Below, piece after piece: positions 39,262 through 52,665 of a stretch of 64,000 nt of DNA; within the stretch, counting starts at the first letter, position 1, and each line of letters begins with the position of its first letter. The DNA is from the human T2T-CHM13v2.0 reference genome, Homo sapiens: NCBI RefSeq assembly GCF_009914755.1, contig NC_060927.1; one strand, written 5' to 3'. The notes under the pieces are model-generated. The model saw nothing but the letters and a program-made list of their open reading frames with translations, was not told the DNA's origin and did no database searches. The translations under genes and the position numbers were made by a program.

Positions 39262-40545
39262 ATACAGAAATAGGATTATTAGATTGTATTGACTTTTGGG
39301 GGAGTTGCCATACTCTCTCCCATAATGGCTCTACAAATTTATATTCCCACCAGCAGTGTGCAGGGTTCTCTTTTCTCTACATCCTCACCAACACTTCTCT
39401 TGTCTTTATTACAATACTGATTCTCACAGGTGTAAGGTGATATCTCACCATGGTTTTAATTTGCATTTCTCTGATGATTAGTGGTGTTGAGCGCTCTTCA
39501 TATGCCTGTTAGCTATTCACATGTCTTCTTCAGAAAAATGTCTATTCAAGTCCTTTGCCCATTTTTAAATTGGGTATTTATTTTTGCTATTGAGTTGTGT
39601 GAGTTCCTTATAGAGTATATTTGGATATTAAGCACTTATCAGATATATGGTGCCCAAATATTTTCTCCCAGTCTGTAGGTTGCCTTTTCAGTTTGCTGCT
39701 TGTTTCCTCTTATGTGGAGAAGCTTTTTTAGTTTGATGTCATACCATTCGTTTATTTTTACTTTTGTTGTTTGTGCTTTTGGTGTTATAGCCAAAAAAAT
39801 TATCATCAAGACCAATGATAAGAAGCTTTCCACCTATGTTTTCTTCTAGGAGTTTTGGGGTTTCAGATCTCACATTTAAGTCTTCAATTCATTTTGAATG
39901 GATTTTTTATGTGGTGTAATACAAGGGTCCAATTTCCTTCTTTTGAATGTGGATATCCCGTATTTCCAGCTCCAATTATTGAAGAGACTTTCCTTTCTCC
40001 ATAGTGTGTATATTCTCGGCACCATTATCAAACATTAGTAGACCATATATGCATGGGCTCTCTATTTTTCTGCATTGATCTATGTATCTATTTTTATGCC
40101 AGTACCATACTCTTTTGATTACTACAGCTTTGTAATATAGTTTGAAATCAGGGAGTATGATGCCTTCAGCTTTCTGCTTCTTTCTCAAGATTGCTTTGAT
40201 GATTTGGGGTCTTTTGTGGTTCCATATGAAATGTTAGAATTGTTTTTTCTATTTATGTGAAAAATGTCATTAGAATTTTGATAATGATGACATTGAATGT
40301 GTAGATTACTTTGGGTAGTAAAGCCATTTTAACAATATTAATTCTTCTGATCTATAAACACAGGCTATCTTTCTACTTATTTATGTCTCCTATAGTATCT
40401 TTCAACAGTGTCTTATAATTTTTAGTGTGCAATTTTTTGTGTGCATCTTTCTTTCACCTCCTTGGTTAAATTTATTCATATTTTATTCTTTTTGGTGTTA
40501 TTGTAAGTGGGATCATTTTCTTAATTTCTTTTTGAATAGTTTGTT

Positions 40546-41232
40546 GTCAGAAATCAGTAATAGGAAGAACTTTGGAAAATTCACACATGTGCGGAAATTA
40601 AACAACACATTCCTGAACAGCCAATGAGCCAAAGAATAAATCAAAAGGGGAATAAACAAGTATCTTGAGACAAATGAAAATGGAAACACAAGGTACCACA
40701 ACTTATAGGATGCAATAGAAACATTTTTAAGAGGGAAGTTTATAGCGAAAAATACCTACATTAAGAAAAAAGAAAGACATCAAACAACCTAATTTTATAT
40801 CTCAAGGAACTAGAAGAGGAACAAACTAAGCCCCAAAGTCAGCAGACTGAAGGAAATAAAAAAGATGAGAGCAGAAATAGAAACTAGAAAAACAACAGAA
40901 AAGATCAACAGTAAAGATCAACAAAATTAACAAACCTTAGCTAGACTAACCAAGAAAAAAGGTAATTCACATAAACAAAAGTATAAATGAAAGAGGAGAC
41001 ATTACAACTGATATCACAGAAATACAAAAGATCATAATCAACTACTATGAACAATTATACACCAAGAAACTGGATAATTTAGGAGAAATGGACGAATTCC
41101 CAGAAACATACCATCTATCCAAACTGAGTCTTGAAGAAACAGAAAATCTGAACAGACCAATAACGAGTAAGGAGATTGAATTAGTAATCATAAACCTCCA
41201 AGGAAAAGAGACAAAGGAAAGCCCAGGACCAG
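40546..41232 (+). mobile_element. L1 ORF2 segment in opposite orientation
   Basis: KLNNTFLNSQ, RGKFIA, ENLNRPITSKEIELVI...SPGP. Confidence 0.85.
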
Positions 41233-41849
41233 GTCTGACCACATCTTTACTCAGTTTTCCCCGCGGCCCCCGGTCCCCACCCCTCTTAGCCTGTCTCCCT
41301 AACTTCCTTTCTCCTGAGGTGCTCCCCCAGGAAACTCCTTGCACCAGAATCCCCTACGCAGGCTCTGCTTATAGGGAAGAAATGGACGACAGAGGTGATG
41401 GAGTGGGGTGCGCCAATGAAGTATTTTGAATGAAACTAGCAGACACCTTTGTTCCTAAAGATTCCATCGTCACACCAGCTCTGGGATGTTTACTAGCTTC
41501 TTCACCCTGAGCTATTCTCAATCTCAGAGCCTTACTGCTCTCTCTCAATCATTCTCTCCTCCTCACCCCTTTCTTTCCAGGTTGCCAATAGGAGCTCCAA
41601 ATATTTTCTGGCTATTTCATGTAGCCATCTAGTTTTCCTCAGCTCGGCTTCAGGCGCACTTTTGCAAATCAAAGCCATTCAGCAACTCAGAGGAACAAAA
41701 AGGGGCTTATTTGAAGGTAGCAGTGTCTATGACTGGCAACCGTCTGTGTGCTCCCTTACACATAGGGTCCTGTGTAAGAAGCCTACACACAATGCCTGGC
41801 ACACTGCACTCCACACATGGTATGTACACTCCTTGGGCAATGCCTCCTA

Positions 41850-42348
41850 ACGGCTTAGGACCATTCCCTGTCCTCCCGGGGCGTTTAGAATAAAACCCAC
41901 ACTCAGACCCTGCCTCACAAGACCCGACATGATTTGGGTCCTCACCACTCCTCTGCCCTCTTCTCACTTTCCAGCCATGGGATGACCCCTCTTTCTCTTT
42001 TCCTGCCTGAGACTCCCAGGAAACCTCTTCCCCTACCTTTTTCTACATAAATCCTACTCTCCCGCCGGCTCAGTTCAAAGCTTCTTCCTCAGAGGTTGCT
42101 CTGGCCACTGAAATTAAAAGAGGCCTCCTTCTGTTCATTTTACTAGTGGCATCGCCATGCAGTTTTCCGTGTATTACAGTCAGTTTCCTTGCGTGCGTGT
42201 TTGGCTTTTCACTTGTTTTCCCCTTGCACTGTAAACCTCTCAAGGGCAGGACACTCGCTGTCTTGAGGGGCGCTGTAATGCCAGGGCCAGGTCCCTGCTC
42301 GTCTGGCGCTCAGCCCGTGCTGCTCTACACGTGTTTGCTGAATGAATG
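41850..42348 (-). mobile_element. L2 fragment
   Basis: Ends gtttgctgaatgaatg; ctgtaaacctctcaagggcaggac. Confidence 0.6.
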
Positions 42349-42369
42349 GAGCAGTGAACCCTCAGAAAT

Positions 42370-43560
42370 TCGCCTCCAGATGAGCGCCTTGGCCGTCTCG
42401 GCGTCTCCTGGCCTCAGAACATCACCCTTGGCTCTCCCTCAAGGGGGAGCTCCCAAAGCGAGAACGTGACCCTGTCCTGCACCCAGCCCTCCACTCCAGG
42501 GCCTCCGCCGGTACACATCTTCGGCCTCAGCCTAACGCACTCTAGCAGGCACAGACCGCCACGCCCCCACCCCTCCAGACGGAAGGACTGCAATCCCCAC
42601 AAGGCACCGCGACTCAGCGCCACCCGATTGGTGAAGCCTCTGGCGTCGGCCAATAGGACGTGGCTTTGTTGGCGTGTGCCGCGGCCGCGCGAGTCCTGGA
42701 AAGCGTTGTTGGCCCGGTTGCTCTGGAGCCGGGTCTCGGGTCTGGTGGCTGCCGGCCCTGCGGCATCTCGCCATGGGGAGCACGGAGAGCAGCGAGGGCC
42801 GCAGGGTGTCCTTCGGAGTGGACGAGGAGGAGCGGGTCCGGGTGCTGCAGGGTGTCCGGGTGAGCGGCGCCGCCTGGGCCGGGGCGGGCGTGGAGGCCGC
42901 GGGCGCGGGGGGGAGGTGCGGGGCGGAGCGCAGGGCCGGGGCTCTTTCCACGCGTGAGGGGCGTGGGGCTTGGGAGACTCCGGGGGCTCAGGCCAGGAAG
43001 AGGCTGAGCCGAGACGCGAGCCCGAGGCTGGCAGCCTTGGAGCTTCGCGACATGGGCTTCAGGGAAGGAGGAGTGAAGAACTGTACAGGTGCGAGGCCCC
43101 TGGGACACGAGGGACGCCCTGGCCACGTCCTGGCTCCGGTCGGCTTAGTTTTTACGTTTCTTGAATTTGCGCCCGGCCTCCCAGCCCGTGGCCCCTCAGG
43201 TGCGCGCATCTCGTTCTGGGTACGCGGTGTCTCCCACCTGGGCTTTGCCTGGGGACTCAGCTCTTCCCCGCCGGCCTGTTCTCCACAGCACATCTGCGGG
43301 GCGCAGGAAGAACCATAGCTCAGATCTGATCCCCTTCCTTGCCTGAAACCCTCCAGTGGGTTCCTAGCGCGCTTGGATGATGCCTTCCCTGGTTCCAAAG
43401 CTGGCCGCTGCCCGTCGACCTCTGGGGACTGCATCCCTCTGGGACTGCATCTCGTGCCATTTCCCTCGCGTGGCACCCGCACCTCGTCCCCAGCCTCAGG
43501 ACCGCCGTGTTTTCCTGGAGGGTGCCGCTGGCTCAGCTCAGGGTCTGTGCGCCGGCTGTT
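42370..43560 (+). promoter_or_regulatory. CHCHD6: CpG-island promoter of CHCHD6
   Basis: Dense CpG/GC; KLF/Sp CCACGCCCC 42559, ETS CGGAAG 42580, ATTGG 42627 and CCAAT 42650, GC boxes after exon 1; no TATA. Confidence 0.9.
42773..42859 (+). CDS. CHCHD6: CHCHD6 (MICOS subunit MIC25) coding exon 1, 29 codons
   Basis: Kozak gccATGg; [29 protein letters not shown]; phase-0 donor CGG|gtgagc. Confidence 0.97.
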
Positions 43561-44430
43561 CTCTCTCCTTCAGCTCTCCTTAAATCCCGCTGTTTCTTGT
43601 AATTCTTGTTGTAATTCAGATATCACCAGAGAATCCTTCCCTGACCACCCAATCTGAAGTAACCTCCCACCCCGCGTCCAACATTTATTATTTTCATAGC
43701 ACTCATCACAGTGATCGCTTCTGTTGATAATTGTTTACTTGTTTATTGCGTTTACTGCTAGAGTGTAAGCTTTTTGAGGCTAAGGTTCCTGTCTGATTGA
43801 AGACTGTCCCCAGAACCCAGAAGAATAAAAGCAGCTCTTATTGCAGTGTAGGGGCCATGCGTTGGACTAAACCCTTTATAAGTTAACTGATTTAATTTTC
43901 AACAGCCCTATTTAGCCCATTATTGTAGATTAAGGAGAAGTGAGGCACTGAGAGGTGAACGAACTGATCCAAGATCATGTAAATAGTAAGTGGGAGAGCT
44001 GGGATTGAAACAAGCCAATTCCAGGGCATGTTGCTGTGCTCGGCCTCTTCCTCCACCTGTGTCTACACCTGCAGGTGCTTTGTAAGTAACTGTGGAGAGA
44101 TGAATGAACCCAGTAAAAGGGACTAGGATTAAATGAAACGCACAGAGCTGGGTGTAGATGAATTAGTTAATTAAGGAGGAATTAGGGAGGTGGCTTAGAA
44201 AGACAGACTTCAGGAGTTCTGGCAGGTGCTCATTAGCTGTGTGACCTTGGGTAAAAAACTCTTTTGAGCCTCAATGGCCACATTAAAAAAAAAATTGGGT
44301 GTGTATGTATCCTAGGTACTGCCTAGGATAAGATGATGTCTGTGAAAGTGTTAAGGAAACGCACAGAGAGAGTGCTTTGTGGAGGCCTCTCTTCTTAGCC
44401 TAGCAGAGTACTTGGCACATTTGGTGCTTG
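43560..44430. mobile_element. L2 and MIR fragments
   Basis: ccttccctgaccacc...ctagagtgtaagct (L2); gaggcactgagaggtgaac and tagctgtgtgaccttggg (MIR). Confidence 0.65.
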
Positions 44431-45444
44431 CTAGGCGTTGTATAGTTTTGTGGACCTCACTCGTGGCAAGGATTAAATGGGGGAGGAGATGGCTTGTGTT
44501 GGAAGGCCGAGAGGGAGGAACCTGAATTGGAATTTAGAAAGATAAGCTTGGCTCTGTTTGGGTGCTCTCACCCTTGTGATTTGGTCTCCTGTTTTGGGGA
44601 ATGTTGGAAAGTTAAGTTGGAGTCCTCAGAGGTTCAGGGGAGTGCCTTTGGGGGTGCCTTCTTTCAAGTTGATTGGAAACCTCATGTTTTTTGAGTATTA
44701 TATAAGACAGGTACATTTCATTTCTAGTTCTCTTAAATACTTCTGCAACATATAAATTCTCTGTATTTAAAGATGGAGAATTGAGCTTAAAGGAGTTAAG
44801 GAATTTGCCCAAGGTGTTAACCTGAGTAACTTCTGGGACTTTAATTAAGATCTTTTCGGTGCAAAAAGCAACTTTTTCTCACTTCTGCAATTCCCCCCCA
44901 TGATGTATGCAAGGCAGCCTGAAAATTTTGTGACAATACCCATACCTGTCCTGACAGGGATGATAGTGCCCCACTTAGTTTTAAAACTGGAAGGAACTTT
45001 GGTGACTGACTGCTTTCTTTTCCAGCTGGGCAAACTAATCAGAGAGGATAAATGACTTGTCCAGAGGTGCACAGTAAGGTGCACAGCCCCACGTTATGAG
45101 AGCCACGTCCTTCCTTCTGCTTGTGTTTGAAAGAGGAAAACTGAAGAAAGGAGGTGATGGTATGAAGAAAGGATGTTTTGGTGTAGAGGCTTTTTCTGTT
45201 AGCAGAGTTACTTGAGGGTTGAGGAATTCACCTTGTCTTTAGGCAAGTGAGTGAAAAAGATTGCCAGATCAACAAAACAGTTGCCAAAGGGAACAAATCA
45301 GTTCATTTAATGAGAAGCAGATGCCAAAGAAGATCTGCCCCAGCTTCTTTAGAGCAAGTTGAATATTCTTAATGACCATTTGTATTTAATTCCTGAGGCC
45401 TGGTCTTAGAAAGTGTTCTCGTCCCTGTAAGATTAAGTGTTAGT

Positions 45445-45737
45445 GGCTGGTAGTGGTGGCTCATGCCTGTAATTTCAGCACTTTGGGAGGCCGAAGTGGG
45501 CAGATCACCTGAGGTCAGGAGTTAAAGACCAGTCTGGCCAACATGGTGAAACCCTGCCTCTACCAAAAATACAAAAGTTAGCTGGGCATGGTGGCACACA
45601 CCTGTACACCCAGCTACTTGGGAGGCTGAGGTAGGAGAATCCTTGAACCCAGGAGGGGGAGGTTGCAGTGAGCCGAGATTATGCCAGTGTCCTCCAGCCT
45701 GGGTGACAGAGACTCCGTCTTAAAAAAAAAAAAAAAA
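45445..45737 (+). mobile_element. AluSx-like with 15-bp TSD
   Basis: TSD aagattaagtg(t/c)tag. Confidence 0.94.
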
Positions 45738-47000
45738 AAGATTAAGTGCTAGGCCTTGCTAGTTTACATACTTAGTTTGCATAAATTCACAAAGTGTGTT
45801 CAAACCGTAATTCCATGGAAGGTAAAAGAAATTTAATGAATGCAAAATGCTGCAGTTATATTCAACTCCAGTTTTCAGAGCAAATGTGTGAAATACGTAA
45901 AGATTTTGTTTTAACCAGTACATTTAACCTCATCCTTCAGTAAGAGAAGGCACACATGGCAGTCATGGCGCATATGTGTCTGCCTTCCCTCTCCTCCTCT
46001 CCACATGAGCCGCCCTTTTTGGTGATTCAGCTGATGTTGGTTGCTTGTGAGCATCCAGACTGCTCACTGTTCACCAGCCTTTCCCCCTTTCCCACCACTG
46101 AGCCCACCCCTGTTCCAGTCACTTGCATGTTCCCAGAGTCATTATCCCCTCCAGGCTTGATCAACTTTACCGTCATGCATTGCTCCCATGAGGCTGATTC
46201 TGGACCACGGTGGAGGGGAAGATCAAGAAGAATGTGGTCAGACACACAAGAGAGTCCCCCATTGTGCCAGTGCCAGAGAGGCCGTGTGCCAGAGCGCTGC
46301 ACCTGCAACTGCCAGTTATTCCTCACCTCAGTGAATGTCCACTGCCTTCATGTTACTTGCCCAGCACTGGGCCTGGCCTTGCTGAGACAATGAGGGACAA
46401 AGCCGAGGACCCTGTCATCATAGAGACCTCAGCCCAGTAGGGAGAATGGACCAGAAAGGAAGAGACACAGGCAAAAGACTCAAAGAGCTGCCAGAGCTAA
46501 GGAGGAAACAAAAAGGGTGCAAAAGCTACTGGGGCTGCCTGCTTGAGGTGGGATGGTCAGGCAGTGCCTCTCAGGAGGAGATGTTGACTGTGGCCTGAGC
46601 CAGCCCTATGAAGAGTGCATATTCACTCTGTGCTAAGCACTCTGCCAAGTGTATTCAGAGCATCACCCCAGAAATTCCACATGCTTACCTTGTGAGGGGT
46701 CATTATCCCCATCTCAGAAGTGAGGAAACAGGTTCAGTGAGGTGAAGTAACCCAAGGTCACAGTGCTGGAACCTCAGGGTCTCTGACTCCATAGCCCATG
46801 TGCTTGGCAGCCACAAGGAGGGTAGGATGCTTGAGGATGTGGCAGGTGGTGAGGCCAGACTCAGGGCCCAAATGCCAGGCAGGGCTGTGAACATGTTATT
46901 CTGGAGGCCACGCTGCAGTTCTCTGGTCAGGAGCAGAGCTTTGGAAAGGTTCTGTCTGGTGACACTGATTTTTCTTTAAAAACAAAAACCAACAGTTGTA

Positions 47001-47127
47001 AGCCAGGTGCAGTGGTATGTACCTGTAGTCCCAGCTACATGGGAGGCTGAGGCAGGAGGATCACCTGAGCCCAGTGGTTCGAGTCCAGTGTAGCAAGACC
47101 CCATCTCTTGGAAAAAAAAAAAAAAAA
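47001..47127 (+). mobile_element. FLAM monomer
   Basis: Single Alu-like arm plus poly-A. Confidence 0.85.
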
Positions 47128-47360
47128 GCTTTATTGGGATGCATCATTTTACATATTATAAAATTCACCCATTTCAATGCTTTTTAGTAAACTGTGGTGA
47201 CAGAATTGGACAACTGTCACCACAATCCAATTATAGAACATTTACAAGACCTAAAAAGATGCCTTGACCTGTTTGCAGTCACTCCCCATTCCCACTCCCA
47301 GTCCCAGGTAACCATTAATCCTGTTTCTCTATAAATTTACCTTCTCTGGACATTTCGTAG

Positions 47361-47672
47361 ATAGTCCCCTCTTGGTCTTTCAATGACCTATCCATGGGTC
47401 GTTGGTTCCAGGACCCCCATGGATACCAAAATCCTTGGATGCTCAAGTCCCTAATGGAAAATGGTGTATTTGCATATATACTACACATATTCTCCTGTAT
47501 ACTTTAAATTATCTCCAGATTACTTATAATACCCAAACACTGTAAATTTTGTGTAAATAGTTGTTATACTGTATTTTTAAAGATTTGTATAATTTTTTTG
47601 GTATATTATCTTTTATTGTTTCTTTTTCTCAAATGTTTTCCTTTGGACCCATGGATACGGAGGACTGACTGT
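47361..47672. mobile_element. MER2 (TcMar-Tigger MITE)
   Basis: ggttccaggacccccatggataccaaaatcc...ccatggatacggaggactgactgta. Confidence 0.8.
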
Positions 47673-48334
47673 AAACGTAAATGATTAATGCATCTTTTAT
47701 TTCTGGCTTCTTTCACTGAGCAAGTGTTTTTGATGTTGGTTCATTGATGTCGTAGTATATATCAGTAGTCCATCCTTTTTATTGCTGAATGGTATCCTGT
47801 TGTATGTATATACTGCATTTGGCTTATTCAGTCACCAGTTGAGGGCATTTGAATTTTTTCTACTTCTTGGTTATTGTGAGTAACGCTGCTATGAACATTT
47901 ATGTATTTACAAGTTGTTTTTTTGCAGGCAAATGTTTTTAGTTCTCATGGATAGATACCTGAGAGTGGATTTGTTGGGTCATTCAGTTTATGAATTTTGT
48001 GAATTGTCAGGTTTAATTTTTAAAGAAACTGCTGAACTGTTTGCTGAAGAAGCTGTACCATTTGATATTTCCACCAGCAATACATGGGATTCCAATTTCT
48101 TCATATCTTCACCAACACTTGTTATTATCTTCGATTCTAGCAATTCTAGTGGCTGTGAAATTGTATCTCATCGTGGTTTGAATTTGCATTTCCCTAATAA
48201 CTAATGATGTTGAGCGTCTCTTCATGTGCCTATCCTTATATTTTCTTTGGTGAAATGTGTATTCAGATCTTTTGCCAATTTTTAATTGGATTATTTGTCT
48301 TTTTATTGTTAAGCTATAAGATATCTTTGTGCAT

Positions 48335-48459
48335 AGTAGGTGTGTGTAGGTTATATGCAAATACTATGCCATTTTATAAAAGGGACTTGAGCATCCTCAG
48401 ATATTGGTGTCCACAGAGGTCCTGACACCAATCCTACATGGATACCAAAGGATGACTGT
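48335..48459. mobile_element. MER2 half, opposite orientation to the first
   Basis: aggttatatgcaaatactatgccattttataaaagggacttgagcatcc...gatgactgt. Confidence 0.75.
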
Positions 48460-48603
48460 CCTCAATTCTGCCATTGTAGGGGAAAGCAGCCATAGACAAT
48501 ATGCTTAAGTGAGTGGTTTTGACTGTGTTCCAGTAAAACTTTATTTACAAAATCAATTGGTGGGTTAGATTTGGCTCAAGCACCAGAGTTTGCTGAACCC
48601 TGA
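48460..48603. mobile_element. MER58A-like hAT fragment
   Basis: aagcagccatagacaatatg...tgtgttccagtaaaactttatttacaaa...gtttgctgaaccctg. Confidence 0.75.
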
Positions 48604-51600
48604 TCTAAATCGATGTTTGCTTCATGAGATCTTATTTCTCCAGGCTCTGTTGAAAAGATTATTCTTTCCCCATTGAATTATCTTGGAACCTTTGTGAAAA
48701 TCCATTGCACATAAATTTAGGGTTTATTTCTGGACTCTCAGTTCTATTCCATTGATCTTTATGTCTGTCCTTATGCCAGTACCATGCTGTCATGCTGATT
48801 ATTGTGGCTTTCTTTCAAAATTGGGACGTGTAAGGCCTCTAACTTTGTTATTTTTCAAGATTGTTTTATCTGTTCTGGGTCCTTTGCATTTCTGAATACG
48901 TTTTAGGATAAGTTTGTCAACTTCTGCAAAGAAGCTGACAGGGATTTTGATAGGATTTCTGTTGACTCTATAGATTACTTTAGGGAGAATTGCTATTTTA
49001 GCAACATGGAGTCTGCCAATTAGTATACACGAAATATCTCTTCATTCATTAGATCTTTCTTAAGTTTTCTGAGGAGTGTTTTTTACTTTCAGTGTACAAG
49101 TCTTGTACTTCTTAAATGTATTCCCAAGCATTTTATTATTTTTGATGCTATTGTGAATGGAGTTGTTTTCTTACTTTTATTTTTGGGCTCGTTGTTGCTA
49201 ATGTATAGAAATATAGTTGGTTTCTGTATATTGACCTTGTATCTTGCAACCTCGTTAGGCTCATTTATTAGTTCAAGTAGGGTTTTTCTTGGGGTGGATT
49301 TCTTAGGCCTTTTTACAAGTAGGATCATGTTGTTTACAAATAAAGACTGACTTCTTTTCCAGTCTGGATGCCCTTCTTCTTTCCCTCTTGCTTTGGCTAG
49401 GATCTCCAGTACAATGCTAAATAGAAGCTGTGAATGTGAACGTCCTTGTCTTGTTCCTGAACTTAGGGTGAAAGCATTCAGTCTTCCATCATTAAGTGTG
49501 TTAGGTGTAGGGTTTTCGTAGATGCCCCTTATCAGATTGGTAACTTTATCTTTTAATAGTTACAGCCACTCCTTTCTCTCTGTCCTTATGTCCTTTTTTC
49601 CCTTTATAAGCTCTAAGAGGGCAAATCCTGGATTTTCATGATAGTGTCTGCTCATTAATATATACATGTTGGGTTACATGCTTGGATTAATGAATTGGCA
49701 GTCCTTCTCTAGCCAAGCTGGCGATCTTGTGGCAGCTGTGCATGAGAATCTTATTCTTCCAGGCTTTAACACAGACCTGTTCGGGATGTGTGCGGCAGAC
49801 TTTGTTTTCCGCCATGTGGTTGCCTAGTGAAATGCTTCTGAGCTTGCCTCCTTGACTGTTTCAGTTTGAACATGGAAGTTCCTTATGATATGTTTTATAT
49901 GATTACTTTTCCTGTTCTTTCTTTTGTTCTTGCTGGATGTTAAACTCTGTGCTTGGGATCCTGTTCACTCTAGAATGTCTGCTTTTTGGTTGCAGCATTC
50001 ATCTTAGTTGACTCACTTAAAGGCAGTGTGGGAAACAGAAGATCCCAGACCTGGACTTATGCCCTGACACTTCAGAAGGATGTGTCTTTCTCCTTATGTG
50101 CAAGATAGAGATATGATGTAGCATCTCCATGCGCCCATTTAGCATAGACACCACGAAGGGGTTGCGTTATAGATCGTCTCTGGTCTTCCACAGCTGTAAA
50201 GCTCACCTGGCTGTTTGGATGAGTGCAGTTTGATGGAGCCCGCATCAGGAATTGCCAGCTTGGAAAGCCAGAAAACAGGCAGCCAACTTCTCTGCTGCTT
50301 TTCAATGAACAGTATCTGCTTCTGATTTCAAGTCCAACAAATGGTTCTTGAGTACACACTGTGTGCCGGTTTCTGGGCTAGCTGCTTTCACATGTGTTAT
50401 TCTGTTTGATGCTCCTGAATCCATCACATGTTCTGACAAGTGCTGAGGCATTAGAAAACAAGGTAAAGCAAATTCTGCAGGGAAGCACAGTACTTTAGGT
50501 CTCTCTACCTTTTCCACCTCAGCTGCTGAGGAGTGGAGGCTCATCTTAAAGACAGGATGGTTGAAGGCCCAGACACCTGCATGTAGATTTCCCGCTGGTG
50601 CGTTCCATTTTTCTGCCTTGGTGGTTCTGAAACTCACTGTGTGTGAGAATGACAGCAGGGGACTGTCTACACAACCACACTGTACTTTAGGTGCAGAAGG
50701 AATCACTCTCAAGGGTTTAGTTGAATATCCTTTAAATTTTATCATAATATAGTACAGCGTAACCAGTAATACAATCTAAGTAGTACAAGAGTTAAAAGTT
50801 ATTTCCACCTTCTGACTTCAGCATATGATCCTCATATATGATGAAATTCCATTACATTCCTCCTTTCTTGTATCACAGTACAATGTTGAAGGTCTCTGTA
50901 TGTAAAAGATAAATCTATAAAATAATATAAATGTAAGGTTGTTAATTGTAACCCTTACTAGGCTCATCTCGGGCCAGTTCCCACATTTGGAAAGTAAACG
51001 TGCTGCACTGGAAGGCAGCCTTGATCCTCCCAGGCTTCAAGTGCTGCCTTTTCCCTCTATTGGAAGGGGTCGCTCCTGCTCTCCGCAGTGGCACTAGTGT
51101 CCAGCATCAACCACCGTCTCTGCCCTTCCTGTGTCTGGTAGGAGCTTCTGACCGTTTCTGAGCCTGCTATCCCTTCTGTGCCCTGTTCCTGGCCATTCTC
51201 TTTCATCCTCATTCATGCACCCATGACTTCTGGATTCTAAATATCCAACCCAGAGCTTTCTAAATGACCCTGCCAGCACCCCCGTGCATGTCCCATGGGT
51301 ACATTTAATTGACTGTGTCCAAATGGGACTCACCCGCATTTCTTCTCTGCCCCCTTAGAGATGACCCTTGTCTCTTCTGTTGTGAGTAGCTCTACTATCC
51401 AGTCCTTCATCCGGAAAGCTGGCGGTCATCCACGTTCCTCTCTTTCTCTATATTCATGACAAGTCTTGAGCTTTACCTTACAGCAGTTTCTCCGTTTTGT
51501 TCTCTCCTCTTTGTCCTTCCTACTCTCAGTTCAGGCCTATACTATCTTCCCCTTGACCAGCTGACAAATTGTTCTTTATTAGCTTGCTTCCCACAAATCT

Positions 51601-52329
51601 ATACTTTCTGGTGCTACCAGGCTATTTTTTTTAAAAAACGCAAATTTTACTTTTGAACAGGTTTCCAGGAGATGGTCATTAAATGCAGACAGTTAAAAAG
51701 GAGTTGCCCGGGGAAAAGCTTGTCTCCCTTCCACTGTGTTTTGTCAGTCCTGCTCCCAGAGGCAGCCCGTGACCAGCTTCTTGTGTCCCGGGGACTGTTC
51801 AGAGTTGAGGCTGATTGTGTCACATCCTTTCATGTCTCCCCCTTGCCTCTTGGTTAAAGGCATGTTTCCGGGCCTGGCTCACAAGGTCCTTCATGTGTGG
51901 GCGCCACTTTCTGCCTTCACTGCGCCTCCCTGCAGGGACACTTGATCCTGCGGGACCCTAAGCTGCTTCATGCATGTGTGCCTGTGATTCTCCTCCTTTG
52001 GCTGGCCAGGTGGAAGTGTTGCCTTCAGAAGGAGCCTTTGGTGGTGTCCCCTGCAGACTCTGTGGTCCCCTCCCAGGGCTTAGTGCCCTGGGCCAAAATG
52101 ATCTATTCCACACTTACTTCCTTTCTGCCCCATGAACAGGGGCCACATCTTCTTCGTCTCTCTGTCCCCAGCACCTAAGCCAGAGCTTGGCACAAGTCAG
52201 TAAAATACTTGTTGGATAAAAGTTTAAGCCACTGGCTCAGTTTTTCTTGCCTCAAACTATGACTCCAGAAACTTAATGATATTAATTGATTTTAAGTAAT
52301 TGCCACCATTTAAAAGTTGGGAGGCTTTA

Positions 52330-52665
<336 letters not shown>

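Larger units (their letters stand above)
37997..40545 (-). mobile_element. L1MA-like 3' part, interrupted by Alu and LTR
   Basis: ttagattccacatataagtgagatcatacag 3' UTR; ORF2 [23 protein letters not shown]. Confidence 0.88.
47128..49545 (-). mobile_element. L1MB-like LINE with DNA-transposon insertions
   Basis: gctttattgggat...aaattcaccc 3' end; ORF2 remnants (VIREMQIQTTMRY, LELINE). Confidence 0.82.

Noticed and set aside
42674-43318. 214-aa ORF containing the CHCHD6 N-terminus, and overlapping minus-strand ORFs
   Set aside because: Read-through into the GC-rich intron; strong donor at 42860. Long ORFs are expected in CpG islands.
50060-51020. Possible old DNA-transposon remnant and 95/147-aa ORFs
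   Set aside because: No terminal repeats or protein motifs I could support; needs a Dfam search.
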